From Mytilus trossulus (taxonomy: Eukaryota), in the NCBI RefSeq assembly GCF_036588685.1, contig NC_086380.1, forward strand, positions 12,648,001-12,712,000: a DNA stretch of 64,000 bases, in the 5' to 3' direction. The notes below the pieces were generated by a model. That model was not told where the DNA came from, made no database searches, and saw only the letters and a program-made list of their open reading frames with translations. The position numbers and the translations under genes were made by a program. Shown in pieces: positions 1-13,670 of this stretch (its first letter is position 1; each line of letters begins with the position of its first letter).

Positions 1-129
1 ACATGACAATATTTGATAAGGTTTTGTTAAAGGAAAACAAATTATTTGACTTGCATATTATTTTCAATAAAATTATTATTACAATGTTTCTTGAATAAAT
101 CCAAATTGCGACAATTTTTTTATTTCGAG

Positions 130-895
130 TGTTAAATTATTCCATACTTTTTTTTAAAACAAATTGTATTTGATTTTGGAATAAAAAGATCATTATTAGA
201 AACAGATCGTAAGTTATGGTGTTGCACACTATCAATATTTAGCATTGCTTACTAATCAGTTGTTAGTCCATTTACAATTTAATACATTAGAATTGATTGT
301 TGGTGTTTTATTCTTATGGTAAAAAATTGCCATTTTAAAGATGAAAACATGAAATTATATGGAATAGATATATCACATTCCAGTATAATTCTTGCTACTA
401 TTTTTTGAAGTTTAATGATTCTATCTGAATCTTTTTGTAATAAATTTCTCCAAACTGAACTACAGTAGTCTATATACGGTAGAATATATGCATTATAAAA
501 TAGTTTCCTTGTGTGTATTGGCAAATATAATTTGATTCTATATAAAAGTGATATTTTAGATGAAATAATTTCGCATATACGATCAACTTAAATTTTTATC
601 AATTTTTCAATTCCAAGTAATTTGAAGGAATGGACATTCTCAATAAATGTTTCGTTGACGGTAATACATAAGTCTGATAGTTGTGTAAGTTTTGGTTTTA
701 AACCCAATTTCATACAATTTGTTTTTTGTGCATTGATATACATACTGTTATTAATTGTTACATCAAGATTGTATCGCATTAAAATCATTTTGCAATATGT
801 TGTTTATTTTTTCAATGTTTTTATCATGAAAATGCAATGTTGAAACATCAGCATATAAATCCATGTTGGATTGTTTAATATGAAGTGGTAAATCA
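130..895 (-). mobile_element. Degenerate non-LTR retrotransposon (L2/CR1-group) RT C-terminal fragment
   Basis: Minus-strand frames give HLPLHIKQSNMDLYAD (YADD region), INAQKTNCMKLG, IENVHSFKLLGIE and RKLFYNAYILPYIDYCSSVW...LQKIVARIIL, with frameshifts and stops. Ends approximate. Confidence 0.8.
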
Positions 896-1181
896 CTTAA
901 TATATAACAAATAACAGGCAAAGAGAAAAGTCATTCATTTTAAACAACATTTGTTTTCGTAATGCATCAAGTCTTTCATTTTAATATAACCAAATAGTCA
1001 ATTAGTCAATTAGTTATGATACGTAATGTAACAAACACACATGTTAACGTTATGATTAGTCGTGTTAGTCATGCCTATTTGAATTGTTTAACAATTTTAA
1101 ATCTTGTATGATAAATAATGGCTTGTTTTTAAGAAGTTACATGTAACAGAAGATTAATAAAGCCATTAACATTTGTTGTAG

Positions 1182-2047
1182 GATTAGAAAATGAAGTACG
1201 AATAGTGATGATTGGGAAGACCGGATGTGGTAAAAGTGCAACCGGTAATACCATTCTCCAGAAAGAAGCTTTTCTCTCATTATCAAGTTGTTCATCGTGT
1301 ACAAAAAACTGCAGACGCGGCGAAAACATTTACGATACAGGGAGCAAAAAATACAATCTTGTTGTTGTAGATACTCCAGGATTATATGACACTAACACTA
1401 AGATGACAAACGAAGAGGTATCTAAAGAAATCGTCAAGTGCGTCGGAATTAGCTCCCCAGGTCCTCATGCTATTGTATTTGTTGTATCTCTTGCAGGTCG
1501 ATTCACGGAAGAGGAAGCCGCAACATCAATGCATTTCACCAAACTGTTTGGAGAAAAACTGATGGATTATATGATCATTATTTTTAGCTATGGAGATAAC
1601 ATCGACAAGGAAAATTCTATTGAAAAAAGATTAGCAGAGGCACCTGCTCCTCTCAAACTTCTCCTAAAAAAATGTGGAAACAGGTGTGTGGTTTTCAATA
1701 ATAAACTGGCATCAAAAGATAAAAAGAAGAAACAATTAAAGGTATTAATAGATGTTGTTGAAAAAATGATCGAAAACAATGGTAGGTCGTTTTATACTGA
1801 CAAAATGTTCAAGGAGGCTGAGGAAGAACTTCAAAAGGCAATGGAAAAACTGAAAGCCGAAAATGAAAAATTACAGGCGGTTGATCTCCGTAAAACTGTA
1901 CGAAATGAAGTAGAGGAGGAAGGCAGTATGTTATCAAACATTGGTCAATGTATATTAACCGTTGGGCAAGGAGTGGCAGCAGCAGCAATAGAGGCCACAG
2001 GGGTTCCTCGCCTGGTGAATGGTATTGCCAGCTGGTTAGGGCAGTAG
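1182..2047 (+). CDS. GIMAP: GIMAP/AIG1-family GTPase, terminal coding exon (copy 1); upstream exon not seen in window
   Basis: Acceptor ttgttgtag|GA at 1181/1182, then LENEVRIVMIGKTGCGKS (G1), DTPG (G3), PGPHAIVFV..RFTEEE conserved box, FNN, and a coiled-coil C-terminus. Intact to TAG at 2047. Confidence 0.95.
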
Positions 2048-2894
2048 TATTGAACCAAGTTTTTAAAATTATCATGTCACATCAATCTCTCTTTATCATG
2101 TGTATGGTGACGTAAGTCGATAATAGTGCATTTTATGTTTTATCTTGGAAATCATTCGTAAAACTTCCTCACTCTGTCTTTCTGTTTTTGTCAGTAGTGT
2201 TATAAGACATGCTATGTTAATAGTGCTTATTAGAAAATATAACATTTTAACATATATAAGGATTTTTCTTTAACCCATTATGGTATGGTAGCAAAGTGTT
2301 CTTTTCCATCCACATCTGCTACGTTTGTGGACATTCTCTTTTCCTTTATAATATACTATAAGGTTAAGCTGACAATCTGTCGAAACTGTAATGTGAACAC
2401 GCAAAACAAGTTTGACCCCGCTGCATTTTTGCACCAGTTTGAGTTAGCGGCCTCTGGCTTTTGTTTATCTTGAATATTTTTTTTATTTTTCTTCACTTAT
2501 ATGATTTGCGTATGACGTACATTCTCACTGAACTAGTATACAATTGTATTAAGTGGATAGAAGAGAACTACCTCCGGTTGTGGGATTTTCTCGCTGCGTT
2601 GAAGACCAATTGGTATTCTTCGGCTGTTAAATGCTCTTTGGTCGGGTTGTTTCTTTGACAAATTCTCTATTTCATTCTCATTTATTAATGTTAACGTGAA
2701 CTATAACCAACATCTTAAAAACTAAATTGTATCATCGTTATATACCATATATAAAAACAGTTAATTCAACATATGAAGACCATTTTGTTCCCTTGCAAAT
2801 GATTTTAAACAAGTATCTTATTACCTCTGTCGGATATTTACAAGGCATTTATTTATGATCTTAATCACTAAGATAGCTTCATGATACTGTCTCT

Positions 2895-3860
2895 TGACAT
2901 CAGTTCCATTTGAAATAACGGAACATGTCACTATGAAGCACATCGTGAACCATCTTGACAAGTATACTATACTTGTGGACTTCCAACATGTCTTAAGACG
3001 CAACAGATCCCGTGACTCGCTGCTAGTAATAACAGCAGAGGATATAACTGGAAATCTGGACAACAACCAACAGGTAGATATTCTTATATTTAACTATAGA
3101 AAAGCATTCCACACTGTACCTCTCCAGTGTTTGTTGATAAAACTTCCATTACATGGTTTCAACGGATAAATACTTGCCTAGTTAGAAGCATGGTTGACTC
3201 AAAGAGAACAACAAGTCACACTGTTAGGTTAAAGTTTAAGTACTACTCAAATGACATCCGGCGTACCACAATGAACAGTTTTATGACAATTGCTACTTCT
3301 CGTGTACATAAACGACATAGGGAACGACATAACATTAAGGATTCGCCTATTCGCAGATGATAGCTTACTTTACCAAGCGATATCAACAAAGGACGACTGC
3401 AAACATCAACAAAAAGATCTAGAGAAAATGGTAAATTGGACCAGAACTTGGAAAAATGTTGTGTCCATGCAAAAACAAAAAAAGAGACAAACCATTCATT
3501 TCAACTATAACATCAATGAACATATCCTAGAATCAGTCGCATCAAAACCGCACTTAAGAGCTGAACTTACAAACACAATTTCACGGGAAAACAAGTTAAC
3601 AAAGTTGTCATTAATGGACAGAGCAGAATAAGCTCCATACGACGAAATGTTAGATCCTATTCAGAAGAAGTCAAGAAACAGGCCTATCTTGTCCTTGTCC
3701 GACCTCACCTTGCATACTCCGTCAGTGCATAGTACCCTCACCCACAAAAACATATATTAAACAAGATTGCGATGGTCCAGCACCGTGCATCACGCATTAT
3801 CAAACACAACTACTCAAGGGAGCATTGAACAGTTAAACATTTTTAGAAGAATTTAATTTG
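2895..3860 (+). mobile_element. Degenerate LINE reverse-transcriptase fragment (CR1/Jockey-group)
   Basis: Broken frames with QVDILIFNYRKAFHTVP, LVYINDI...IRLFADDSLLY and YLVLVRPHLAYSVSA; several frameshifts. Confidence 0.85.
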
Positions 3861-5548
3861 ACATCAAAAGAATTTACATATATTGTCTTTTATCAAATAC
3901 AATATGCTTTGCAAGGTAGATTGTCGCATTCAGCTGAAACAAGTGAGCAAATATGAACGCTCACAAAACATGATTGAGAATTACCTAGTATGATTAAGAT
4001 ATAGGACAGAGATATTGCCTTGCACCTGACTTCATACGGGTTCCTAGAGAATTTCTGCAAATTTTACAAATGGAAGTTCCAATTATGGACGGACACCAAA
4101 CACTTACAAGGCCTGTTATACAGCAGGACGTTTTAAGTCAGAGGGATGACCACATGTCTATGCCTTAGTCCTAGTCAACCGCTCGGATGCATTTTGTGTT
4201 GACAAGAACTACATGTGCGTGGTACACAAATATCAACAAAACTTTGACGTGAATGGCGTCCCATAAATTAAATTTGAGGATGTTTAATTTGTAGATAAAA
4301 TTCAATAAACATTCATCTATTGTATGATCCCTAAACTATTGATAAAGTCTTATCATCATTTTCTTATAGATGCTTTGCCTACACTTCCAGAGCCTCTTAT
4401 AGCATATTCATTTTTTTCTTTGATTTACTCAGTCTTGTGTTACATATGTTTTTATTTGAAAACTTATTTGTTTTTCTACGGGCTTTTTTTGTATAGGTGT
4501 GGTCGTTTTATTTGACTTATGAGTTTTAGATATTCCCTTCTTGTAGGATTTGTTATAAAGCTGTGTTATATCTATATATTTAATGTACCAACATTCTCAT
4601 TCCACTTATCTGAATCACTCCTCAAAGAAAAGGACGAGCACCATTATCAACTTTTAAGAATATTTAATACAAATTCTCATCGAAGATACCGGTCAAAGCA
4701 TTATATAAATATTTACCGTTAAGGCTGCATTCTTATAATCCTTATAATTTGGAATTGAAAACTAATGACTATGTATGATGTCTTCACTTTAAATACATTA
4801 GATTATATCTGATATATAATTTAATTTTCGATAAATGATGTGTATATCAGTTGTTATTGGCTTTGACCTAGCTTGAAGGTAAATAACTGCGAGTACTCTT
4901 GGATAAGGGTACTTTGTGGTTTAAGTCTGTTATGTTTTCTATCTATCTCTCTCTCTCTGTTTGTTTGTTTTCTGTCTGATAAGTCAATCCTTTATAACCG
5001 ATTTTTATTTTTTGTTTATATGTTGTGTTATTACACTACTAGAATGGGTTTAAAGAAGGGTTATACACCGCTAACGTGTTCAACTAAGCCCAATCTGCAT
5101 GTGCCTCCAAAGTCCATAGTAGTAAGCCTGTAATTTCGACGTTGTCGTTTAATATTACTATCGTATTTGTTTTCCGTTTATTTTAATCATACATCAGGCT
5201 GTTATTTTTCTCATTTGATGTTGTTTTCTTCTGGTATATTAATAGCTAGTTGTGTGTATGGGGTGTCCTTAAGCTTAAAGCCACGCGGTGATCTGTTTTA
5301 GGTCATCTTTATGTCATTTAGTTTTGGGTGGATATTTGTCACACTTGTAATAATACTAAGGACATCCAATACCAATTTGAAATAACTGATAAGGGTTTAT
5401 ACAAAACGTAGTAAGGAAGCTATCATTTGATTTTTAAAGGATTCAAGGATTAAAAATGTTGTACTTTATTTATTTTATGTAAATTATAATCTCTGAACTT
5501 GTAATTCGCATTTTGTTGAAAACCTCGATGTGATACACAAATTAAGTA

Positions 5549-5699
5549 TCAAGTTTCCAAGGTAGAAGCCATTTTGCGAGAATCTTCAGTATCCGATATG
5601 TATTTGGTTTCCCCGAACCACCATGACGGATAAATTAACAAAGGGTTGATGGCAACAGCTTTCAAATCATTTGGGTAAAATAGTTTCTTCCATTCTTCC
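5549..5699 (-). CDS. GT25 copy 1 terminal exon (EEWKKLF...ISDTEDSRKMASTLET*)
   Basis: T-rich acceptor, YISDTE motif as in COLGALT, TGA at 5551-5549. Confidence 0.9.
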
Positions 5700-8600
5700 C
5701 TGAAAAAAAAGGATTTTGTTCGATAAATTGATAATTAATTCATATAAATTTTAGACTAAGATGCACGATAATTATGTAGTTGTTATTGGATTTTAACCAG
5801 CTGACCGTCACTACAAGTACTCTCAGGTCTGTATTTTTTCTGTAGGGATGCATACTTAAGTACTCCTACACGTCCACTCTATGTTTTTGTTAGATGTATT
5901 TTTATTTGTATCCATCTTACGAGTTAAGACTTTTTCAACTGATTTTTTAAAGTTAGTTCATATGCTTTTCTGTTACACTACTGTCACAAGTTTGAGGAGG
6001 GTTGGTGTTTCAAATGATTTTAAACCCGCAATACTGTGTGTATTCCTTTCCCAGGTCAGGCACCTGTAATTCATTGGATGTTGTTTGTTTTGGTGTAATA
6101 TGTTTGTTGATAATTTTGTGAATGAGGCCGTTGGTTTTCCGTTTGAAATATTTTACATTGGTCATTTCGGGCCTTTTATAGCTGACTATGAGATATGTGC
6201 TTAGTTTACATATATAGGTGTTAGTTATTCCTGTGTCATTTGGTCTCTTTTTGGATAGATGTCTCGTTGTACCATATATTCTTTCTATGTATATATAAGT
6301 ACATCTGACCCATTGACATCTCTACAACAGATATCATCCATCGGATTACCAGCGATGGTGATAATAGGCTGAAAATACATTCTGTATATATGATTCTTCT
6401 ACATAATAGCCCAACAATATAAGATCTGTAAATGTGCGGATTATCCTCATATAGACGAAACCAGCGCCTGGCATATAGAATTGAAAGCTTGGAATATGTG
6501 ATGAAGATGATGAACAACTGAGTCGATGTTTTTGATTGGTGGATGTCTTATACATGTTATATAAGGATATCACTATCAAATTAGTTCTTATTTTCGTGCT
6601 GACATGAGACATCATTGATACATGTATGTTGTTTTATTGTTCAATTGCTAAGTTTTACATTTTGAGTTATTCGATTCCTTCCTTCAGTTTTTGATTGCCT
6701 AAGCCGTATTTGGCATTTTCGGAATGTTTGGAATCCAAACAACCACCAACAACGAACAAAGATAATTAGTTCAAGAACGGGATTCATGTATAGCAAAAAA
6801 AAAATATCTACCAAATAATAGATATCAGTTATATCGATCACTCAATGTTTTGATAACGGTGAAACATAAAATTAAGAATGGAAAAGGGGAATGTGTCAAA
6901 GAGACAATAACCCGACCATAGAAAAAACAACAGGAGAAGGTGGTGCTTAAGATTCTTATTGAACATCCTGTGCATACTGTCGATCAATCAATTCAAATAA
7001 TGAGACTGTGCAAAGTCAATCAATGAAACCAATTAGCTTTCAAAACGGTTTTGATAAAAATATGATTAGCAGTAGACGTACATATGTTTTGAAGCTCAAA
7101 TTGGCAATGAAAACTGGGAATGTTTCAAAGATACAACAACACGACCAAAGAGCAGAAAACATCACAAGACAACAATGGGTCTTCAACACAGCAAGAAAAT
7201 TCAGCACCTGAAGGCGGGAATTGGCTTGCTTCTAGATAAAATGTACACTAGTTATACACTAGTTGAGCGACAATGCGCGTCGCACTACGTCTAAAAAGAA
7301 AATATTTCATTCGTATCACAATAATCACATCATAGCTTCTTTGTTCATATAACACTAACCTCATCATAGATACCAGGATTGAGTTTTTTACGCAGACGCG
7401 CGGGTCGTCTACAAAAGATGTAGTCTCATATGTAACGCTCGTATACAAAAGTTTAAAAAGTCAAAACAGAACGAACGAAGTCAAGGAGAACTTTGATGAC
7501 CCAAACAATTTTATTAAGTTTCGCCAGAAGAAGCTAAGTTTATGTACTAGTATTACTGTGGTAGAAAATCATACGTATTTCAAAAATGCAAAGTTAAGTA
7601 AAATGTTGATTTATGACTATGACCATTCAAAAATGCTGGTCAATACTTGTTATTATTAAAGTTCTTAATTATAATCATGGTACCTTTGAAAACTACTTAC
7701 ATTGGATGTCTATTGTACATAAGTGGTATCAACTCGTCGGTTGGAACTAGTTTGTGTAATGGTTTTTGCTTCAGTATCTTTTTTGCACCTTTTCTTGTGA
7801 TTGCATACGCTAACGCCCAATAGGAAAAATCTGGCCACATCGCAAAATGCGTTCCATCCACATATTTATCAGCAGTTGCATTCATGGGCTTGCGTCCCAA
7901 AAATCTACAACAAATCAATTATCTAGTATACAGAAGAAAAAAAATCGACCATACTAACACATTTTTTCAATTTGGTTTTATGTATTATGGAAGGTCGAAT
8001 TTAATGACGCAAATTATCTTCGTTTGTGTAGATATAGTTACGTCGATCTACTGTCACTTGGGTAACACATTTACACTCACAATAAAATTTCTAGATAGAA
8101 AATGCAATCGAAAAACTATATTGTTTGCAATTCATTTCTGACAACAGACTATGATGTTTAATGATGAAAATACATTTCAAGATATGGCAGCTGTCGTCAT
8201 TTTAGATATCTATCGACAACCCAATGTATCATGTTTTGTTATCGAAACGAAACAATGCTGATGCATTCAAACATTTATCTTTCGTGACGAAAGATACGTG
8301 AACAAATTATATTTTGATTTTTTCGTTTCACTTTCAATCCCTACTTTCCCTACATTTGTGGGTCTGACACCATTCACCGATTTTCTTAGTCCTTTTTATA
8401 AGATGCTTTCATAGCTTTTGAGTTAATACTTTTAGTCATACACTCTACCGAAACATCATTTTTGTATTTTAAAAAATTATAAAAATTGGATTTTGGTTTG
8501 AATTGGGTTTCATCTTGAATGATCACATTATGGACATCAAATAAAGAAATGAAACTTATAGAACATGTGCTTAATTTATATCTTGCTAATTGTCGTCTAA

Positions 8601-11600
8601 AGCCATATGTGTATGTGAAAAATCTACAGTGTCACGAATTATTCTAGTTTTTGAAACAGTACAAATAATCGTAGAAAAGACTATTGTGTCAACACATGAC
8701 TGCTGTCTACCAGACTTATATGCAATGTTATGCAAATGCAGGACACAAAACGACCACCATCACTGATATTAACTCAGAGTCTGTTTTATCTTTTCAAAGG
8801 TCAAGTTTTCTTACTTGGTACGCCTAACGTGCGTATAGTATACACAAGACGCTTATCCTTTGAGTAGTAAACACTGAGTTTCAAAATTGTTTTAATTTTT
8901 CGGTTTAACTCAGATTAAAGGTTCTTTGTAGGCTTGACAGAAGAGAAAACAACGTACAAAATCTGTAGAATCCCCGAAAGTTGGTATCCATGAAAATAGA
9001 AGTAGATTTTATTTCGTTGAATCAATAATACTTACAAAAGATCCCAATCAGGCACAAACTCTTCTATATCAGCAAACGACCTTGACAATTGTTTGCGAAA
9101 CATAGGAACGAATTGTGCATCATCTTCTAGTATCAGAACTCTTTGGTAATTCTTCACTATCATCTATAAATATAAAATAAAAATCAGAATAGTAATGTAA
9201 CTTTCCAATTTCTAAATCGATGTATCGTTTTGGAAATGTACTAATGTTTTCAATACATGCTGTAAATGAGTGTAATTAGAAAAAAAATGATTTGCATATT
9301 TGTTCCCTTATTTTAAAATCAAATTTTGAATGATCAACAACAATTGATGAAAAAACCTAATATTGAAAATAATTTATCAAATGTAAGCTAAGAATTCTAT
9401 ACACCAGATTTGCATATAAATAAAGGAAACAGAACTATACCGCTCTTCAATAGTTATATTTCATTCAAACAAACAAAAAATCCCGGCAAGATACTAAAAC
9501 TGAGGGGAAACAATTAACTAAAAGTGTACAAAAGGTCAACAGAAACTCTGAACTACATGAAAGACGACAGACGAAACAATGCATGGCTTCGTACTCATGG
9601 ACACGAAAAAAGACTTATTTTCGGATATGTTCCTTACATCGTAACTACAATCTACTTCCCTTTCATGAATGTGACCCTTATGAGTTTGACCGTCCCTCTG
9701 GTATCTTTCGTCCTTCTTATGTAAGAGAAGTAACTTTAAATTGAGTTAAAATGCAAAGATTTATGTAACTACACAGAGACAAAATAATGGTGTTCTACTA
9801 ATGGCGTCTTTTTACATAACACATGTGACCTTTATTGATGGTTTCCCAATACACATGTCATGCAAATAATTTGTAATAAGTAGCTTTCTTTGATAATGTG
9901 TTGATATGATTTTGAAGTTTTGAAAAAAAATAAAAAAAGGCCAGCACTTACAGATTTAATAATTTCGAAAGAAAGCCAAACGTACGCAATCTTTCAGACG
10001 AAGACTTCAATGTAATATATGTAAAAGCAAATATTCATACCAAGCAAACGCAAAATATATTTTAACTTACATCTTCCAATACATAATAATGACTTAGTAC
10101 ACATCCAATTTCACCATACGTCATATTCCTACAATGGAAAATATAAAACACGAATAAAAAGTTAAGGCATGCAAACCTGTTCTAAAACACAGCTGTATGT
10201 AATGTCTGTCGAGTATCAATCTTTTTCTCGAAAGGTGAGAAACTATCAAAAAGATCAGACTCCGTGTCATTAAAATCAATAGCAGACAAATACGTTCCAG
10301 ATTTTTTTGCATGAATACAGGTGATCGAACACACACAGTCTTCCTAAACATAATTTGAACTTCTATAATATACTGTATATATCACCGCTAATAGAAAAAT
10401 GGTTGCCATTTGGACAAATATAATTATCGCTATTTTGTGCATTTTCCTTTGATTTTTTTTGTGATAATTTTTCATATCATGCTACTCGCTGGAGATGGAA
10501 AATAATCGCTAGAAACAAAGGATGCACGTTGCTTTACTAATGAAATTAACATGAAATTGACAACGTCGTCATAGGTAAAATAGCGATAAGCATATTATCA
10601 TTGGTATCGGCTCAAGCGAGAAAATCAATCTCGTTAAGATGATTAACGACAATCTATATAATTCTATACCATGCGTACGGTATCTGATGACGCACATTTC
10701 TAAAGTAATCGTCCAATACCTAAGTCCTATCTCAACATCAAGTGTGACACATTATTTATATTGAAACACTTAAAACTGTTGTACTGAATGCGATTTGCAT
10801 GTTGGATCTATTTCTATAATGACATTTAGGTAGTATGCAGACCAGTCTAACTGTTTTTAATGCTTCATTTCAATTTATCTGCAAAATGACGAGTTCTTTT
10901 TTTGTGACGTTATCGAGCATGGTCGCCGTTTTCCCTTTGGTCACAAGAGATATTTCAAAGGAACGCAAGACTATTTGACATCATCAAATAAATTTGACTT
11001 TTTGAAGAACTGAGTATGCTGAGATCAAACGAACTTCGCTGCAATTCTCTCTAGGATACAAACTTCGTGAAACTTTTTTTATAAACATCTGTTCCTATGT
11101 TTATCAACTTGATACTATTAAAGTCTGTATAATATTATATACCTTACCTATTTTGATATATATCTGAATAGCCTTGTAATATTTGTACTCCAAGTTTGTC
11201 AAGTTTTTCAGGATTCAAATTTCTATTGATTATAAAAAAGAAATGTTATATCGTATATGCATATTGTGCTGTTTGCTGTTGATATACTAATAGCTTGTGT
11301 TTTGTTAATCTGGATCAAAATGATGTACAGTTAAACCACATGCAATTAAGAGTTTTTCGTTATGGTTTAAATTCGAATTTTCTGCAAGGTGAAATGAATA
11401 TAGTTTGTTTTCTTAATATGCTATAAAAAATGTGTGCTCTTGGTAAATTAAGTGAATTCATACATCTTTTTTTAATGAAGTCATCAGTTAATCATATTAT
11501 AATTCTTTTTTTAAATAGAAATGCTTTACATCCTTAAAACAAAGATTCACAAAAACATATAAAAAAGAAGGACATGTCGGTTGAAAAATATTTATTTTTG

Positions 11601-13670
11601 GTAAGTTTCTTCCCTATACATAATAAAGAAAATCCCTGTTTGGAGTTTTTTTTATTTAATCGATCAGTTAAGCATCTTATAATTCTATTTTTAAAAAGAA
11701 ATGTTTTTACATCCTTAAAACAAAGATTAAAAAAAATAGAAAAAGAGGACTTGTCAGTTGATAATTGTTTTGGGTTAAATTTCATTCCTGTAAATAACTA
11801 AGAACAATCCCGGTTTAGAATGAATAATAGATTGATAACATCAGTATTTAAGGCTCCAATATCATCAGCGTTACAAAGGTACAGGTCAATCTAAAAGTTA
11901 CTTAAGTATTAAGTATGAAAGTTAGGACAGCTTATATCTTAGCAAAAAGACTGTTATATATATAAAAAGGTGTGGTAGGAGTGCCAAATCTCCATGCTTG
12001 GTTTTTTTTAAACGACATCAATTGGAATGATAACTAGAGTAGGAAATTTGTCATGATTTGATTCATAGTTCAATTACTTCTAATCTCATCATTTCAAAAT
12101 GAATATAAGAAGTATATATCACTGGTTCTACACATAGGTAAACAAAATTTTAAATTGTCAAAAAATAAGACTAGGGAAAATAAGTAAATATAAATATATG
12201 GCACAATTAATTTCAAATATGTATTAGGCCGCTTATTTAAGATATATTTATCGAATTTGGAAGTTTTCAAAGCCGCTCGAGGGTTAATTTCATAATAATT
12301 TGGTTTTTTATTTGTTTATAAACAAAACGAGATAAGTTATGATTACCAATGCTAGGTGAGACATCTATCAATAAGAGTTGAAATAGTGTTGATATATTAC
12401 CACTAACTATGTTGCGACGTCGAATATCAGGTATAATGCATACTTATATTGCAGTATATTTCAAACAGATTATTCCTTAAAAAAATGTGGCACGATAAAA
12501 CTAATTGCATCTTAAAGTTAAAAAAAAAGCGATGGTAAAATTGTAATGAAATTTAAGAATAGATTCACAATTTGTTCACGATCATTAACTAATGGATACT
12601 TAGTTCCCTACCGTCCATCAACAGCCTGAAAGTATGTAAAGTCCAGTCTCATTTCATCGGCTGCCTTCTCCAATCTTTGTCGTCTTTCTAATCTTCTTTT
12701 TAAATGCACAATATAAATCTAAGGTGAATGAGAAGGCAAAATTTAAGATAAAAATTATATTAATAAAAATACAAAACTCCGATTAAAATTCTAAATTGAA
12801 AATCCCTGGGCAAATGTCGGTATCAGAGCTCACGCACATCAAACAAATCGATAACAACTTCATATTTCTGACTCAGTATAGGCATTTCTTATGTAGAAAA
12901 TGGTGGATTACACCTACTTTTATAGCTAGCTTAACCTCTCAGTTGTAAGACAGTTACATAAAATATTGAAACGTGCTTCATTGAATGATTAAAGCCTTGT
13001 TGCAATTTTAATGTCAGAGAAAAGACTTATTTAAAAAAAAACGGAAATTAAAGGGACAATAAAGAATTGTATGTCCAATATTAATCAAAAGCATCAGAAC
13101 AAAAGCAAAACGACAAAAAATAACTTCAAAAACTATAATCTGATCAATACAAGCCCATGATTTATTATATTTTGAAAAACGAAAAGAAATTGTTTTACTA
13201 CAAGTATAAGAAAAACATACATATTTAATGGGCCATGACATATAAACCCTACCAGACATACATGTCACCTTAAAATCATTCAAAACACCAACTGTACGTA
13301 TTACAAATGGTATAAGGTAACTTAAGTATGTCCAATATACCATGACAATGAGGCCAATGCCAGTTTATACATGCCAAACAGAACAAAGAGTTACTAAAAC
13401 ATAAAACTTAACATTAACCAAAGAAACACGACAAAAAGCTCGAGGTTAAAGACATGTTGTCTCTTTAGCAATCATACCACATCTTCTTTTTTGTATGTTC
13501 ACGACATATTTTTCATTGATAAAACATTGTTTAATCTTCGAAGTCATATTTTTATTTTAAATGACGCGCTTTTACGAAAATCTAAAGAACAAATTATGGT
13601 TCAACTTTACAAACCTTGTCAAACATCATAGTATCTGGTTTGAAAGCATGTCTCGATTCTGGCGGGAAAT
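5549..13670 (-). CDS. Glycosyltransferase family 25 gene (similar to the procollagen galactosyltransferase COLGALT C-terminal domain), copy 1; 5' exon(s) not located
   Basis: Seven GT-AG exons with consistent phases: 13670-13615, 12718-12612, 11222-11148, 10128-10071, 9163-9036, 7904-7701, 5699-5549. They join to DFPPESRHAFKPDTMMFDKIYIVHLKRRLERRQRL...AVDGR...GEIGCVLSHY...VLILEDDA...DWDLLFLGRK...YWALAYAITRKGAKK...PTDELIP...YISDTEDSRKMASTLET*. Confidence 0.92.
7701..7904 (-). CDS. GT25 copy 1 exon (FLGRKPM...YNRHP)
   Basis: 204 bp, tgtag acceptor, gtaagt donor; overlaps ORF 7697..7918. Confidence 0.92.
9036..9163 (-). CDS. GT25 copy 1 exon (MIVKNYQRVLILEDDA...PDWDL)
   Basis: LEDD metal-binding motif; 128 bp; gtaagt donor. 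Confidence 0.92.
10071..10128 (-). CDS. GT25 copy 1 exon (NMTYGEIGCVLSHYYVLED)
   Basis: GEIGCxLSH GT25 signature; 58 bp; gtaagt donor. Confidence 0.92.
11148..11222 (-). CDS. GT25 copy 1 exon (NLNPEKLDKLGVQILQGYSDIYQNR)
   Basis: 75 bp, phase 2-2, aatag acceptor and gtaagg donor. Confidence 0.88.
11484..11820. repeat. Degenerate ~180-bp tandem repeat (2 units) in a GT25 intron
   Basis: tcagtta...ttataattct...tttacatccttaaaacaaagatt...ggac recurs near 11484 and 11664. Confidence 0.75.
12612..12718 (-). CDS. GT25 copy 1 exon (IYIVHLKRRLERRQRL...AVDGR)
   Basis: GT25 N-terminal motif, AG/GT boundaries, 107 bp. Confidence 0.9.
13615..13670 (-). CDS. GT25 copy 1 exon (FPPESRHAFKPDTMMFDK)
   Basis: Polypyrimidine tract + tttcag acceptor, gtttgt donor; resembles the COLGALT PDKMGFDE segment; phase 0 into the next exon. 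Confidence 0.8.

Larger units (their letters stand above)
5421..9570. repeat. Segmental duplication copy A (GT25 3' region), homologous to 54455-64000
   Basis: Colinear similarity of exons and introns, starting at tatcatttgatttttaaaggattca in both copies. Confidence 0.9.

Noticed and set aside
3870-4290. Coding-like composition after the LINE fragment
   Set aside because: Stops in all frames and no motif I can recognise.
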